A stretch of 64,000 bases of DNA from an uncultured Methylomirabilota bacterium. Lineage in GTDB: Bacteria > Methylomirabilota > Methylomirabilia > Methylomirabilales > 2-02-FULL-66-22. Location: assembly GCA_963845565.1 (NCBI GenBank), contig CAWJSJ010000002.1, positions 1,280,001-1,344,000 of the forward strand, in the 5' to 3' direction. Made by a program: the position numbers and the translations under genes. The notes beneath the pieces are model-generated. The model was not told the DNA's origin and made no database searches. It saw only the letters and a program-made list of their open reading frames with translations. Shown one piece after another: positions 38,275 through 47,597 of this stretch (positions are counted from its first letter, which is position 1; each line of letters starts with the position of its first letter).

Positions 38275-40200
38275 TCACTTCACCTTGGAGCCGACGACGC
38301 TCGGGCGCTCGGGCGTCACCAGGACAAGCTTGCCCTCGGTGTCCGTGGCCGCGAGCAGCATGCCGCGCGACTCGACCCCCATCAGCTTGGTCGGCGCCAG
38401 GTTGGCCACCACCACGATCTGTTTGCCCACCAGCGTCTCGGGTGGATAATCGAGGAGGATGCCGGCCACCACCGTGCGCTCCTCGGCGCCCAGGCTCACG
38501 CGCAGCTCTAGCAGTTTCTTTGAGCCCGGGACCGCTTTGGCGGCCAGGATCTGGGCCACGCGGAGGTCGAGGCGGCGGAACTCGTCGATGCTGATCGGTG
38601 GCGTCTCGGGTCGGGGCGCCCCGTCGGGCGCGACCTGGGTCGCCGCCGCCGTGGCCGCCGCCTCCGCGGCAAGGTCCACCCGCGGGAAGAGGGCCGGGCC
38701 CTGCACCGCCTGTCCCGGAGCCATGGTCCCCCAGCGGCCAGCCGTTTCTGTCGCCGTGGCGTCCGGCCCCCCGGGGAGGCCAAGGCGCTTCCAGATGGTG
38801 TCGGCCGTGAGCGGCATGAAGGGGGAGAGGTGCAACCCCGCCAGCCGCAGTGCCTCGCAGGTGTGGCCCAGGACGCGGCCGAGGGCCACCATGTCCCGCT
38901 TGGCCAACTCCCACGGCTTCTGGCTGTCGATGTATTGATTGGCGGCGTCCAGCAAACTCCAGATGACCTCCAGGGCGCGGTGGAATGCGAAGCCGCGCAT
39001 GGCGTCCGCCACCCGGGCGTCCAGCGCTTCGGTGATCTCGCGAAGCCGCCGATCGCTATCGGTCACCGCCTCGCCGGGGGCGGGGATACGGCCGTCAAGG
39101 TAGCGGCCGACCATACCCAGGGTACGCTGCAGCAGGTTTCCCAGATTGTTGGCCAGGTCGGCGTTCAACCGGGTGACCAGCGCCTCCTCGCTGAAATTGG
39201 CGTCCAGCCCGAACGCCATCTCGCGCAGCAGGAAGTAGCGGAGGGCGTCCAGGCCGTACTTGTCCCCCAGTTCCAGCGGCGAGAGGACCCGGCCCCGGCT
39301 CTTGGACATCTTGGCCTCGTCCATCAGCCAGTAGCCGTGGACGTTGAGGTGCCGGTAGACCGGGATGCCTGCGGCCTGGAGCATGGTGGGCCAGTAGATA
39401 CCGTGGGGCTTCAGAATGTCCTTGGCGATGAGGTGCTGCGCCACCGGCCAGAAAGTGCGGAATAGCTCCCCGTCCGGGTAACCGAGCGCGCTCACGTAGT
39501 TGATCAGCGCATCGAACCAGACGTAGGTGACGTACTTGTCGTCGAAGGGCAGCGGGATCCCCCAGGTGAGGCGGCTGCGCGGCCGGGAAATGCAGAGGTC
39601 CTCCAGCGGGTCGCGCAGGAATGCCAGCGCCTCGTTCCGGTATCGCTCCGGCCGGATGAAGTCCGGGTGCTCCTGGATGTGGCGGATCAGCCAGTCCTGG
39701 TACTTGCTCATGCGGAAGAAGTAGTTCTGTTCCTTCACGAAGTCCAGGGGAGTCTGATGGTCGGGGCATTTCCCGTCCACCGCTTCCTTTTCGGTGTAAA
39801 AACGCTCGCACCCGACGCAGTAGAGCCCGCCGTATTCGCTGAAATAGATGTCTCCCGCATCGTAGATCTTCTGCAAGATGGCCTGCACGACACGCTTGTG
39901 CCGCGGCTCGGTGGTGCGGATGAACTGATCGAAGCTGAGCCCCATCCGCTCCCAGGTCTGTCGGAAGAGGCCGCTGATCCGGTCGGCATAGGCCTGGGGA
40001 GTCTCGCCGGCCTTGGCGGCGGCCTGGGCGATCTTGTCACCGTGCTCGTCGGTTCCCGTCAGGAAATAGGCCCGGTGCCCGGCCAAGCGGTGATACCGGG
40101 ATACCGTGTCCGCGACGATGGTCGTGTAGGCATGCCCCGAATGCGGCGGGGCGTTCACGTAATAGATCGGGGTGGTCAGGTAGAACAACTCCTCGGACAT
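38275..40200 (-). CDS. metG: Methionine--tRNA ligase with C-terminal tRNA-binding domain
   Basis: YLTTPIYYVN, HSGH (HIGH-like), TGTDEHG, YVWFDALINY, KMSKS and C-terminal LDLRVAQI...GVESRGMLL. Confidence 0.97.
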   Translation of the reverse strand: MSEELFYLTTPIYYVNAPPHSGHAYTTIVADTVSRYHRLAGHRAYFLTGTDEHGDKIAQAAAKAGETPQAYADRISGLFRQTWERMGLSFDQFIRTTEPRHKRVVQAILQKIYDAGDIYFSEYGGLYCVGCERFYTEKEAVDGKCPDHQTPLDFVKEQNYFFRMSKYQDWLIRHIQEHPDFIRPERYRNEALAFLRDPLEDLCISRPRSRLTWGIPLPFDDKYVTYVWFDALINYVSALGYPDGELFRTFWPVAQHLIAKDILKPHGIYWPTMLQAAGIPVYRHLNVHGYWLMDEAKMSKSRGRVLSPLELGDKYGLDALRYFLLREMAFGLDANFSEEALVTRLNADLANNLGNLLQRTLGMVGRYLDGRIPAPGEAVTDSDRRLREITEALDARVADAMRGFAFHRALEVIWSLLDAANQYIDSQKPWELAKRDMVALGRVLGHTCEALRLAGLHLSPFMPLTADTIWKRLGLPGGPDATATETAGRWGTMAPGQAVQGPALFPRVDLAAEAAATAAATQVAPDGAPRPETPPISIDEFRRLDLRVAQILAAKAVPGSKKLLELRVSLGAEERTVVAGILLDYPPETLVGKQIVVVANLAPTKLMGVESRGMLLAATDTEGKLVLVTPERPSVVGSKVK

Positions 40201-40246
40201 GCGCGCTCCAGGTTCGCGCGGGGCCGGGGCGCCGGCTCCGCGAGGG

Positions 40247-41269
40247 TTAACGGTCTTCCAGATTGGCGAGCTCCTGCGGCACGCCCTCACCGTTCGCCGG
40301 CGGGCGGGCGGGCGGATTCTCGGGCCGCGGCCGCCGCCGACCGCGGCCGCCGCCGGCCCCCGACTCTCGGCCGCTCTTTTTTGCCGATGCGCGGTCTGCC
40401 GGTGGCGCCGGAGCAGCCGGCCGTGCGGCGTCCCGAGCCGGCTCCGGGGAGCGGCCGGGGTTCTCGGGACGTGGGCGAGGGGTGACCTCCGTCACCTGCA
40501 ACGCAACCTGCCCACCCGTCTCGAGGCCGACCAGGACCGTTTGTGCCAGGATGTCCTGGCCTCGGACGACGCCTGGGCCGCGGCTTGTCATCACATGGCC
40601 GCCAAGTTTCGGCAGACCGTGCTTCAGTTCCGCGTACAGACAGTGTTCGTACGCCAGGCAGCACTTGAGGCGCCCGCAGATGCCGGACAGCTTGCCGGGA
40701 TTCAGGGCCAGGTTCTGGTCTTTGGCCATCCGGATGCTGACGGGCGCGAACCCCTGGAGGAACGAATGGCAGCAGACCGGGCGACCGCAAGCCCCCGCAG
40801 ATCCCAGGACCTTGGCCTCGTCCCGCACTCCGATCTGCCGCAACTCCACCCGGGTGTGCAGGTGCTGGACGAGGTCCTTGACTAACTCCCGGAAATCCAC
40901 CCGCCCGTCGGCGGTGAAATAGAACATTGCCTTGCTGGAGTCCAGGCCGATCCGCACCTCGGTCAGTTTCATGGCCAGGCCGCGGGCCAAGATGCGTTCG
41001 CGGCAGAAAGCGCGGGCATCCCGCTCTCGCTCGGCGAGGGTGACCCGCCGCGACAGATCGGTCGGGGTGGCCTTCCGCAGGATCGGGTGGACAGGGCATT
41101 TTAGGTGACCGACGAGAATCGGCGGCAGGACCGCCGTCACGGCGCCCATTCCCACGCCCCATTCGGTTTCCACGACCACGAAATCGCCCGGGGCCAGCGT
41201 GGCCCCGCCGGTGGAGTAGTACTGGCCGCGCGCCGGGCCGGAAAACTCAACACGCACCACGTGGCTCAT
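40247..41269 (-). CDS. PSP1-domain protein (YaaT/RicT family)
   Basis: FYFTADGRVDFRELVKDL, QIGVRDEAK, GACGRPVCC and SGICGRLKCCLAYE; conserved holB-yaaT-metG order. Confidence 0.92.
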   Translation of the reverse strand: MSHVVRVEFSGPARGQYYSTGGATLAPGDFVVVETEWGVGMGAVTAVLPPILVGHLKCPVHPILRKATPTDLSRRVTLAERERDARAFCRERILARGLAMKLTEVRIGLDSSKAMFYFTADGRVDFRELVKDLVQHLHTRVELRQIGVRDEAKVLGSAGACGRPVCCHSFLQGFAPVSIRMAKDQNLALNPGKLSGICGRLKCCLAYEHCLYAELKHGLPKLGGHVMTSRGPGVVRGQDILAQTVLVGLETGGQVALQVTEVTPRPRPENPGRSPEPARDAARPAAPAPPADRASAKKSGRESGAGGGRGRRRPRPENPPARPPANGEGVPQELANLEDR

Positions 41270-41278
41270 CCCTCTCCC

Positions 41279-42286
41279 TCAGCGTTTTCCGACGGCCTGA
41301 CGCATCCTGAGTAGCATGCGTTCGGCCGCCAAGCGCGGCTGGGCGTGCCAGGCCAGGGCCTGCTGCGCCTCGCGCTGGGCCTCGTGGACCTCCAGGACGG
41401 CGTCCAGGGAGATGCCGCCCGCGATCTCCTCGACCTCGACCCGCCGCTCCGCCGGCACGAGCACCGGGTCGGCTCCGGCGACCCGTGCGACCGCCGCCTC
41501 CCGTGTGAAGGCCAGCAGCGCCTCCAGGGCGCGTTCGAACGCCGGTTTGTCCTTCGCCAGCCGTTCCGCCTGGTCCAGGACGGCCGGCACGGAGTCGAGA
41601 GCCCGCCAGACCTCCGCCACGAGCCGTCCGTGGGCTTCCCGCAGGTCAGCCAGGTTCGGGTCGAGCGCCCGCTCGGCGCTGCCGCCCGCCGCCGCCGCGG
41701 CGGCGGCGGCCTCGTCGGGAGGGCGTCCGCGCCGTTCCAGGATGGTCCGGAGGTGCGCTTCGTCAAGCGGCGTGAAGCGGACCTCCTGGCACCGGGACCG
41801 GATGGTCGGCAGCAGGGCGGTGAACGCTCCGGTCAGCAGGATGAACAGGCGGGCGCCCGTCGGTTCCTCCAGCGTCTTGAGAAAGGCGTTGGCCGCCTCC
41901 TCGGACATCCGTTCGGCGGGGTCGAGAATCCAGATCTGGGTGGACCCCTCGTACGCCCGCATCCCGGCCCGCGCCGCCAGGTCGCGAATCTGCTCGATGG
42001 TGATGACCGTCTTGTCCTCGGCCGGCGTCAGGATCGCCACATCCGGGTGCTGACCGGCTGCGATCCGGACGCACGCTCGACACCTCCCGCATGCGTCGGG
42101 AGCATCCGCTCCCTCGCGCAGGGGCGCGAGACAATTGGCCGCCTGGGCCAGCGCCAGCGCCGTGGTGCGTTTTCCCACCCCCGGCGGGCCGGCGAAACAG
42201 TACCCCTGCGCCAGCCGCCCGGCTGCCCAGGCGCGCCGGAGCGCCGCCACCGGCCGTTCCTGTCCGCATATCTCGCTGAAGGGCAT
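41279..42286 (-). CDS. holB: DNA polymerase III subunit delta'
   Basis: GPPGVGK, CGRCRAC, HPD, AANAFLKTLEEP and LPTIRSRC. Confidence 0.93.
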   Translation of the reverse strand: MPFSEICGQERPVAALRRAWAAGRLAQGYCFAGPPGVGKRTTALALAQAANCLAPLREGADAPDACGRCRACVRIAAGQHPDVAILTPAEDKTVITIEQIRDLAARAGMRAYEGSTQIWILDPAERMSEEAANAFLKTLEEPTGARLFILLTGAFTALLPTIRSRCQEVRFTPLDEAHLRTILERRGRPPDEAAAAAAAAGGSAERALDPNLADLREAHGRLVAEVWRALDSVPAVLDQAERLAKDKPAFERALEALLAFTREAAVARVAGADPVLVPAERRVEVEEIAGGISLDAVLEVHEAQREAQQALAWHAQPRLAAERMLLRMRQAVGKR

Positions 42287-42293
42287 GGCGGCC

Positions 42294-42968
42294 TCAACCG
42301 ACCCGCGGCTCGGCTGCCGGGCAGCCGAGCCCTGCGGCGAGCAGGCCGGCGACCTGTCGGCGGATCTGCCCCTCGATCTCCAGGATTCCCCGGGCGGCGT
42401 CTACGACCATCACCCGGCCAGGCTCCTCGGCGGCCAACGCCCGGTAGCCGGCCTGCACCCGTTGGTGGAATTCCAGCCGCTCGTCCTCGAGTCGATCACG
42501 GCGCAGGCGCGAGTCGGTCAGGCGCTTGCTGACGCGCGCCAGCCCGATCGCCGGCTCCAGGTCGAGCAGCAGGGTGAGGTTCGGTCGGAGTCCGTTCGCG
42601 GCGAGGTGGTTCAGCCGTCCGATGAGATCCCGATCCAGACCGCGCCCGTATCCCTGATACGCAACGGTGGAGTCCGTGAAGCGATCGCACAGGACGATGC
42701 GCCCGGCCGCCAAGGCCGGGCGGATCACTTCTTCGACCAGCTGGGCTCGGCTGGCCTCGTACAGGAACAGCTCGGTCAGCGATGCCATCCGCGCGTTCTC
42801 GCCGTCCAGTAACAACCCTCGCACCTGGTTGCCGATGGCGGTCCCGCCGGGATCGCGCGTCTCGATCACGTCCCGATCCAAGGAGCGCAAGTGGGTGAGC
42901 AGCGCCTTGAGCTGCGTGGTCTTGCCCGATCCCTCCCCACCCTCGAAGGTAATGAAGAGTCCCGCCAT
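42294..42968 (-). CDS. tmk: Thymidylate kinase
   Basis: FITFEGGEGSGKTTQ and CDRFTDSTVAYQGYGRG. Confidence 0.96.
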   Translation of the reverse strand: MAGLFITFEGGEGSGKTTQLKALLTHLRSLDRDVIETRDPGGTAIGNQVRGLLLDGENARMASLTELFLYEASRAQLVEEVIRPALAAGRIVLCDRFTDSTVAYQGYGRGLDRDLIGRLNHLAANGLRPNLTLLLDLEPAIGLARVSKRLTDSRLRRDRLEDERLEFHQRVQAGYRALAAEEPGRVMVVDAARGILEIEGQIRRQVAGLLAAGLGCPAAEPRVG

Positions 42969-42971
42969 GAA

Positions 42972-43772
42972 TTAGTGTCCCCCGCCCCCGGAGGCCGCCG
43001 GCCCCTTGCGGCGATCCAGGATTTGCGTCGCAGCGCGGCTGATCGCGCCGGGCACGTTCCGGTTCTTGGACAGATCGACCAACTCCCGATCCGAGAGGCC
43101 GTTGATGCCGAGGCTCAAGGACACACCGACCGGCGTGCGGGGGTTGTTCAGCAGTGCCAGGACGATCTGCTTGTTCTGGCGATACTTGCGATTGTTGGCG
43201 ATGCGCCGCAACACCTTGTCCGAGACATCCCGCATCATGGCGATGGTCAGGATCTCGCCGTCGGTGATCCGCGAAGAGCTCACCGTCTCCAGCGCCACCA
43301 TCTCGTTGCTGTCTTTGATCAGGATCATCCGAACGTCCTTGTTGCCTTTTTTGGCCAGGGCCAGTTTCTGGCCCACCGGCAACTCCCGCACGCGCAGGAG
43401 TAGGCTCTTCTTTCGTGTGCCGTCCGCTTCCCGCTTCTTGGCGGCCTCGATCGCTTGCTGAATCGTCGGCTGCTTCAGCGGCGACAGGTGGGGATTGCCG
43501 AGGAGGGCCTCGAGGGCGTCCACCCAGCGCCCGAGGCGCTCCAGGGAGCTCAGGAGGACGTCCAGGATCCCACCGCCAGCGCGCGCCGCCAGCGCGGCCA
43601 TGGCCGCGCCCGGCGTGTTGGGATGGCGGAGGAGGGCGACCACCTCTTCCGGGGCGAGATCGGGGTGCACCAGCACCTGTTCCAGCGCCTCGGTTGGTGT
43701 CTTGGCGTTCTGGGCGATCGTCAGGCGGTCGGCATTGACCGGGAGCAACTGGCCCTCCGCGCTGGTGCTCAT
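42972..43772 (-). CDS. Conserved hypothetical helical-repeat protein
   Basis: MSTSAEGQ...HPNTP...QKLALAKKGNKDVRMILIKDSN...LALLNNPRTP; overlaps the selA stop and ends 3 nt before the tmk start. Confidence 0.75.
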   Translation of the reverse strand: MSTSAEGQLLPVNADRLTIAQNAKTPTEALEQVLVHPDLAPEEVVALLRHPNTPGAAMAALAARAGGGILDVLLSSLERLGRWVDALEALLGNPHLSPLKQPTIQQAIEAAKKREADGTRKKSLLLRVRELPVGQKLALAKKGNKDVRMILIKDSNEMVALETVSSSRITDGEILTIAMMRDVSDKVLRRIANNRKYRQNKQIVLALLNNPRTPVGVSLSLGINGLSDRELVDLSKNRNVPGAISRAATQILDRRKGPAASGGGGH

Positions 43773-45217
43773 GCCGGGTCTTCCCCCCGTTCCGCGGCCA
43801 GCGCGGCCTGCAGGGCGGTCAATAGCACCGCCTCCTCGGCCGGCGCCACGGTCCGGAGATCGAGCAGGATCCGATTCTCCTGGACGCGAGCCAGCACGGG
43901 GACCGTCCCGGCACGCAGGCGCGCTTCCATCGCGCCGGCGCCCTGCGCTCCGGGATCGAGGGCCAAGAGCCGGGTGGGGAGGACCTGCAACGGCAAGGCG
44001 CCACCGCCCACCTCCGACGTCCCATCCTCGACCGCGCAGCGCACGCCTGGCACGGCACCCCGCAGCGCGGCGGCCAGGGCCTCGGCACGGGCCCCGACGG
44101 TGTCCGTGGACTGGCCCAGCATGCGGAGGACAGGGATCTCTTGCCGAGCCCGATCCGGCTCGCGGATCAGGAGCAAGGTGGCCTCCAGGGCCGCCAAGCA
44201 CAGCTTGTCGATCCGGACCGTCCGCGCCAACGGGTTCCGCCGGAGGCGCGCGATGAGGTCGCGGCGACCCACCAGCAGGCCGGCCTGCGGGCCACCCAGC
44301 AATTTATCGCCGCTGAACGTCACGAGGCCCACCCCGGCCCGGATCGCGTCCGCCACCTGCGGCTCGCGCCGCAATCCGAAGGCGGAGAAGTCGAGCAGGG
44401 CGCCGCTTCCCAGGTCTTCAACCAGCGGCAGGCCGTTCCGCCTTGCCAGCTCCGCCAACTCCGCTCCCTCCACCTCGGCGGTAAAGCCCAACAGCAGGAA
44501 ATTGCTCCGGTGCACTTTCAGGATGAGCCCCGTCTCCGGCCCGATGGCCTGCTCGTAGTCGGTGAGATGCGTGCGATTCGTCGTACCCACCTCGTGGAGG
44601 CGTCCCCCGGCCCGCGTCATCACATCCGGGATGCGGAAAGCATCCCCGATCTCCACGAGTTCGCCCCGGGAGATGATCACCTCCCGGTTATTGGCCAGCG
44701 TGTTCACGGCCAGGAGGACAGCCGCCGCGTTATTGTTGACGACCAGCGCCGCCTCGGCCCCGGTAAGCGCCCGCAGGAGCTCCTCCACGTGCACCTGGCG
44801 GCTCCCCCGGAGCCCCGACGCCAGGTCGAACTCCAGGTTGGAGTATCCCCTGGCCGCCGCGTCGATGGCCGCCAGGACCGACGGCGCCAGCGGCGCCCGT
44901 CCCAGATTCGTGTGGATGACCACTCCGGTGGCATTGATGACCGGTCGGAGCGAGCCGCCGGCCTTCCGAAGCGTTGCCGCCCCGACCTCCGCCTGCAGCA
45001 CGGCCGAATCCAGCAGTCGATGCGCCGCCTCCACCGTGAGGGCTCCCGCCTGGGCGCGTGACCGGCAATTCGCGAGAGTCTCGCGGATCGCCTCCAGGAC
45101 AGCCCAGCGCGGATGACGGACAAGGAGATCCTGAACACCCGGGGTGGCCAGGAGCCTGTCGACCGACGGGATCTGCCGCAGAATCCCACCCGCTTCGGAC
45201 GGGATCGGGTTGGCCAT
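43769..45217 (-). CDS. selA: L-seryl-tRNA(Sec) selenium transferase
   Basis: VINATGVVIHTNLGRAPL, YSNLEFDL, VNNNAAAV, SRGELVEIG, EVGTTNRT, DLGSG and FSGDKLLGGPQAG. Confidence 0.96.
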   Translation of the reverse strand: MANPIPSEAGGILRQIPSVDRLLATPGVQDLLVRHPRWAVLEAIRETLANCRSRAQAGALTVEAAHRLLDSAVLQAEVGAATLRKAGGSLRPVINATGVVIHTNLGRAPLAPSVLAAIDAAARGYSNLEFDLASGLRGSRQVHVEELLRALTGAEAALVVNNNAAAVLLAVNTLANNREVIISRGELVEIGDAFRIPDVMTRAGGRLHEVGTTNRTHLTDYEQAIGPETGLILKVHRSNFLLLGFTAEVEGAELAELARRNGLPLVEDLGSGALLDFSAFGLRREPQVADAIRAGVGLVTFSGDKLLGGPQAGLLVGRRDLIARLRRNPLARTVRIDKLCLAALEATLLLIREPDRARQEIPVLRMLGQSTDTVGARAEALAAALRGAVPGVRCAVEDGTSEVGGGALPLQVLPTRLLALDPGAQGAGAMEARLRAGTVPVLARVQENRILLDLRTVAPAEEAVLLTALQAALAAERGEDPA

Positions 45218-45359
45218 GACTCACCCCGGCTGTCGGCCCCGACGCTCCCGGTAGAAGGCGCGTAGCGGGGCCCGTAGTGAACGCTCAGGGCTTCTTGTAA
45301 CACACGCCGGAGACCCGTTCAACGCCTTTCCCTTTCCGGAGGGGTGATGAGACGGAGAG

Positions 45360-45411
45360 GAAAACAAATCAGGCCGGGCGACCCTCGGAGCACTGAGGGG
45401 CGCCCGGCCTG
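45360..45411 (-). terminator. Rho-independent terminator after the zinc-ribbon gene
   Basis: Stem CAGGCCGGGCGACCCTC / GAGGGGCGCCCGGCCTG followed on the minus strand by ATTTGTTTTC. Confidence 0.7.
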
Positions 45412-45440
45412 TGAGCGGACGGTACACGCGTGACGGACGA

Positions 45441-45749
45441 CTAGCGAAGCCCGGATGCCCGTCGCGACTGGAAGCAGGTGCGGCAGTAGACGGGGCGTTC
45501 GGAGGTGGGTTTGAAGGGGACGGTGGTCTTTTGCCCGCAGGACGAGCACACCACCTCGAACAGTTCACGGCTCCCGCCGCCATCCATCCCGCCGCCGGGC
45601 CCACTCGATCGCTTGGTGGCTTTGCAGGACTTGCAGCGCTTGGGGGCGTTTTGGAAGCCCTTCTGCGCATAGAATTCCTGCTCGCCGGCGGTGAACACGA
45701 AGGTCTGCCCACAATCCACACACGTCAAGGTCTTGTCCTGGAACGACAT
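45441..45749 (-). CDS. Zinc-ribbon plus CxxC-x17-CxxC domain protein
   Basis: MSFQDKTLTCVDCGQTFVFTAGEQEFYAQKGFQNAPKRCKSC...CSSCGQKTTVPFKPTSERPVYCRTCF. Confidence 0.92.
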   Translation of the reverse strand: MSFQDKTLTCVDCGQTFVFTAGEQEFYAQKGFQNAPKRCKSCKATKRSSGPGGGMDGGGSRELFEVVCSSCGQKTTVPFKPTSERPVYCRTCFQSRRASGLR

Positions 45750-45950
45750 GCGACTTCCTCCCTCGGTATACGATACTCCCAATTGCGCCTACGATCCGCG
45801 TCCCCGTTGTGTGGTTGGCATCCTCCTGTGCGATGGGTAACGGCGCGGGCTCACAGCCCCTGCTGTGGACACCCGGTGCGCCGCGCGCACCGGACGGCTC
45901 CCGACGACAAGCGTCGCACGGCGGATTCCATGCCGTGCCCGAGGGGCCGC

Positions 45951-46454
45951 CTATTCCGGCGGTACCTCGCCCGGGCGGCGATACGTGCCGGTTCGCCCCC
46001 CGGCCTTGAAGACCAGACGCACGTCGCCGATGACCATGGACTTGTCCACGGCCTTGCACATATCGTAGATCGTCAACGCGGCCACCGAGACCGCCGTCAG
46101 CGCCTCCATCTCGGCACCGGTTCGGCCGGTGGTCCTGACTCGGGATTCGATGTGGAGTCCGGAAGGGCGGTGGCTAGGCCGGAAGGCGACATCCGCCGCC
46201 GAGAGTAAGAGGGTGTGACATAAGGGGACCAATTCGTGGACCCGTTTGGCTGCCATAATCCCAGCCACCCGCGCGGCCGCGTACACGTCCCCCTTCGGAA
46301 TGGCACTCCCCTGAATCAGGCGGAGCGTCTCGGGCTGGAGCGTCACGAATCCGCGCGCGATGGCCTCACGATCCGTCTCGGGCTTGGCGCCGACATCCAC
46401 CATATGCGCCTGGCCGAGACGGTCAAGATGAGACAACCTCTTCTTGAGTGGCAT
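45951..46454 (-). CDS. moaC: Cyclic pyranopterin monophosphate synthase
   Basis: AHMVDVGAK, KGDV...ARVAGIMAAK...LVPLCH and TGAEMEAL...TIYDMCKAVDK. Confidence 0.96.
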   Translation of the reverse strand: MPLKKRLSHLDRLGQAHMVDVGAKPETDREAIARGFVTLQPETLRLIQGSAIPKGDVYAAARVAGIMAAKRVHELVPLCHTLLLSAADVAFRPSHRPSGLHIESRVRTTGRTGAEMEALTAVSVAALTIYDMCKAVDKSMVIGDVRLVFKAGGRTGTYRRPGEVPPE

Positions 46455-46671
46455 GTTGGAACTGACGCATGATGACGTACATCTCGTCCTTGATCTTGAG
46501 CTTCAACTTCTGCAGTTCCTTGCGCTTCCGCTCTTGCTCGCTGGTCAGATAATAGATACGGTCGAACTCGCCGATCTTGATGTCGTATTCCCGGTGTTTC
46601 TCGGCCAAGCGGCGGAAATCAGAATGTTCCTCCTTGAGCCGAGCAAAAAGCTGCGCTTCCGTATCGCTCAT
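46423..46671 (-). CDS. DUF465 (YdcH-like) coiled-coil protein
   Basis: EEHSDFRRLAEKHREYD...ELQKLKLKIKDEM; GGAGG RBS. Confidence 0.8.
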   Translation of the reverse strand: MSDTEAQLFARLKEEHSDFRRLAEKHREYDIKIGEFDRIYYLTSEQERKRKELQKLKLKIKDEMYVIMRQFQHATQEEVVSS

Positions 46672-46864
46672 CCGCGACCTCCTTCCCCCTGCAGCGGTCC
46701 GCTCCGCGCCATCTCGGGGCGAAGGGACTCGAAAGAGGGTAGTGCTAGTATGGTTCTATTATCCCGATCAAGACAGACCAATCGGCATGGAAGGGCCCGG
46801 TGCGCCCCCATGTGTCGGCAGGAAATTACCATATCGTTTCGAACCGCCTCCGTCAGGGGAGTTG

Positions 46865-46893
46865 AGCATATGCGAGGGACCTCCCCCCGTCAA
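46865..46893 (-). promoter_or_regulatory. Sigma70-type promoter for ydcH-moaC
   Basis: Minus strand TTGACG-N17-TATGCT. Confidence 0.55.
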
Positions 46894-46989
46894 GATGAAA
46901 ATCCCGAGGTCCACGGGAGCGGACAACCGCGGGCCTCTGACCCCTCGGGCCGGGCTCTTCTCCGAAGCGCGCGCACCGAGCCGCGTTTT

Positions 46990-47018
46990 TTGACTGCGTC
47001 CGGAGCCTGTGGTACAGT
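46990..47018 (+). promoter_or_regulatory. Sigma70-type promoter for the lipoprotein-rfaE2 operon
   Basis: TTGACT-N17-TACAGT with a TG extended -10. Confidence 0.55.
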
Positions 47019-47066
47019 CCGCGCAGTTGTGCACTGCGATGCGCCAGGTCTGACCAGGATGGGGTG

Positions 47067-47597
47067 ATGCGACGACTTGCCGTGACGGTGGCGTGCCTCG
47101 GTGTGCTGGCCGGCTGCGGGGGGAAGAGCCCGCGAAGCTATCCGGTGCCCGAGGTCGCTCGTGTGGCGGCGGACCTCGATCGCACGTGGGAGGCGGTGCA
47201 CCGGGTCTTGACGGAACGGGGATACGCGCTCCAGAGTGAGGATCGGGCCGCCGGGGTGATCGAGACGGCGTGGCTCGTGCACAACCCTGCATATTCCTCC
47301 AACATCCTGGTGACGAAGAACGAGGATCGATACAGCGACTGCGGCAAGCCGGGCTTGGGGAAGGCGGACCACGGCAAGGACGTCCGTCTGACGGTGGCCT
47401 TCGCAACGCCGAGCCCCGGCCAGACGGATGTGCTGGTCCGCGCAGCATTCCGCACCGCGCGGAGCGCCACCCTCTCCAGCGCAACCGGCACCGTGGAGTG
47501 CCGCTCGCGCGGACGTCTCGAAGAGGAGGTTCTGCTCGAGACCAAAGTGCGGGCGTTGTCCGAAAAGTACCAGCAGTTCCGGCGCGGGGGGCGATAG
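47067..47597 (+). CDS. Predicted lipoprotein
   Basis: MRRLAVTVACLGVLAGC lipobox; DRAAGVIETAW; paired Cys. Confidence 0.7.
   Translation: MRRLAVTVACLGVLAGCGGKSPRSYPVPEVARVAADLDRTWEAVHRVLTERGYALQSEDRAAGVIETAWLVHNPAYSSNILVTKNEDRYSDCGKPGLGKADHGKDVRLTVAFATPSPGQTDVLVRAAFRTARSATLSSATGTVECRSRGRLEEEVLLETKVRALSEKYQQFRRGGR

Noticed and set aside
45218..45440. Possible tRNA-Sec (selC) beside selA
   Set aside because: No TCA anticodon arm or T-loop; only a terminator-like hairpin is visible.
46715..46745. TTCGAGTCCCTTCGCCCC on the minus strand, resembling a tRNA T-arm or att site
   Set aside because: The 5' side of the T-stem is not complementary and no cloverleaf can be built.
46672..46864. Possible Moco riboswitch upstream of ydcH-moaC
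   Set aside because: I could not identify the conserved Moco RNA elements by eye; an Rfam scan is needed.
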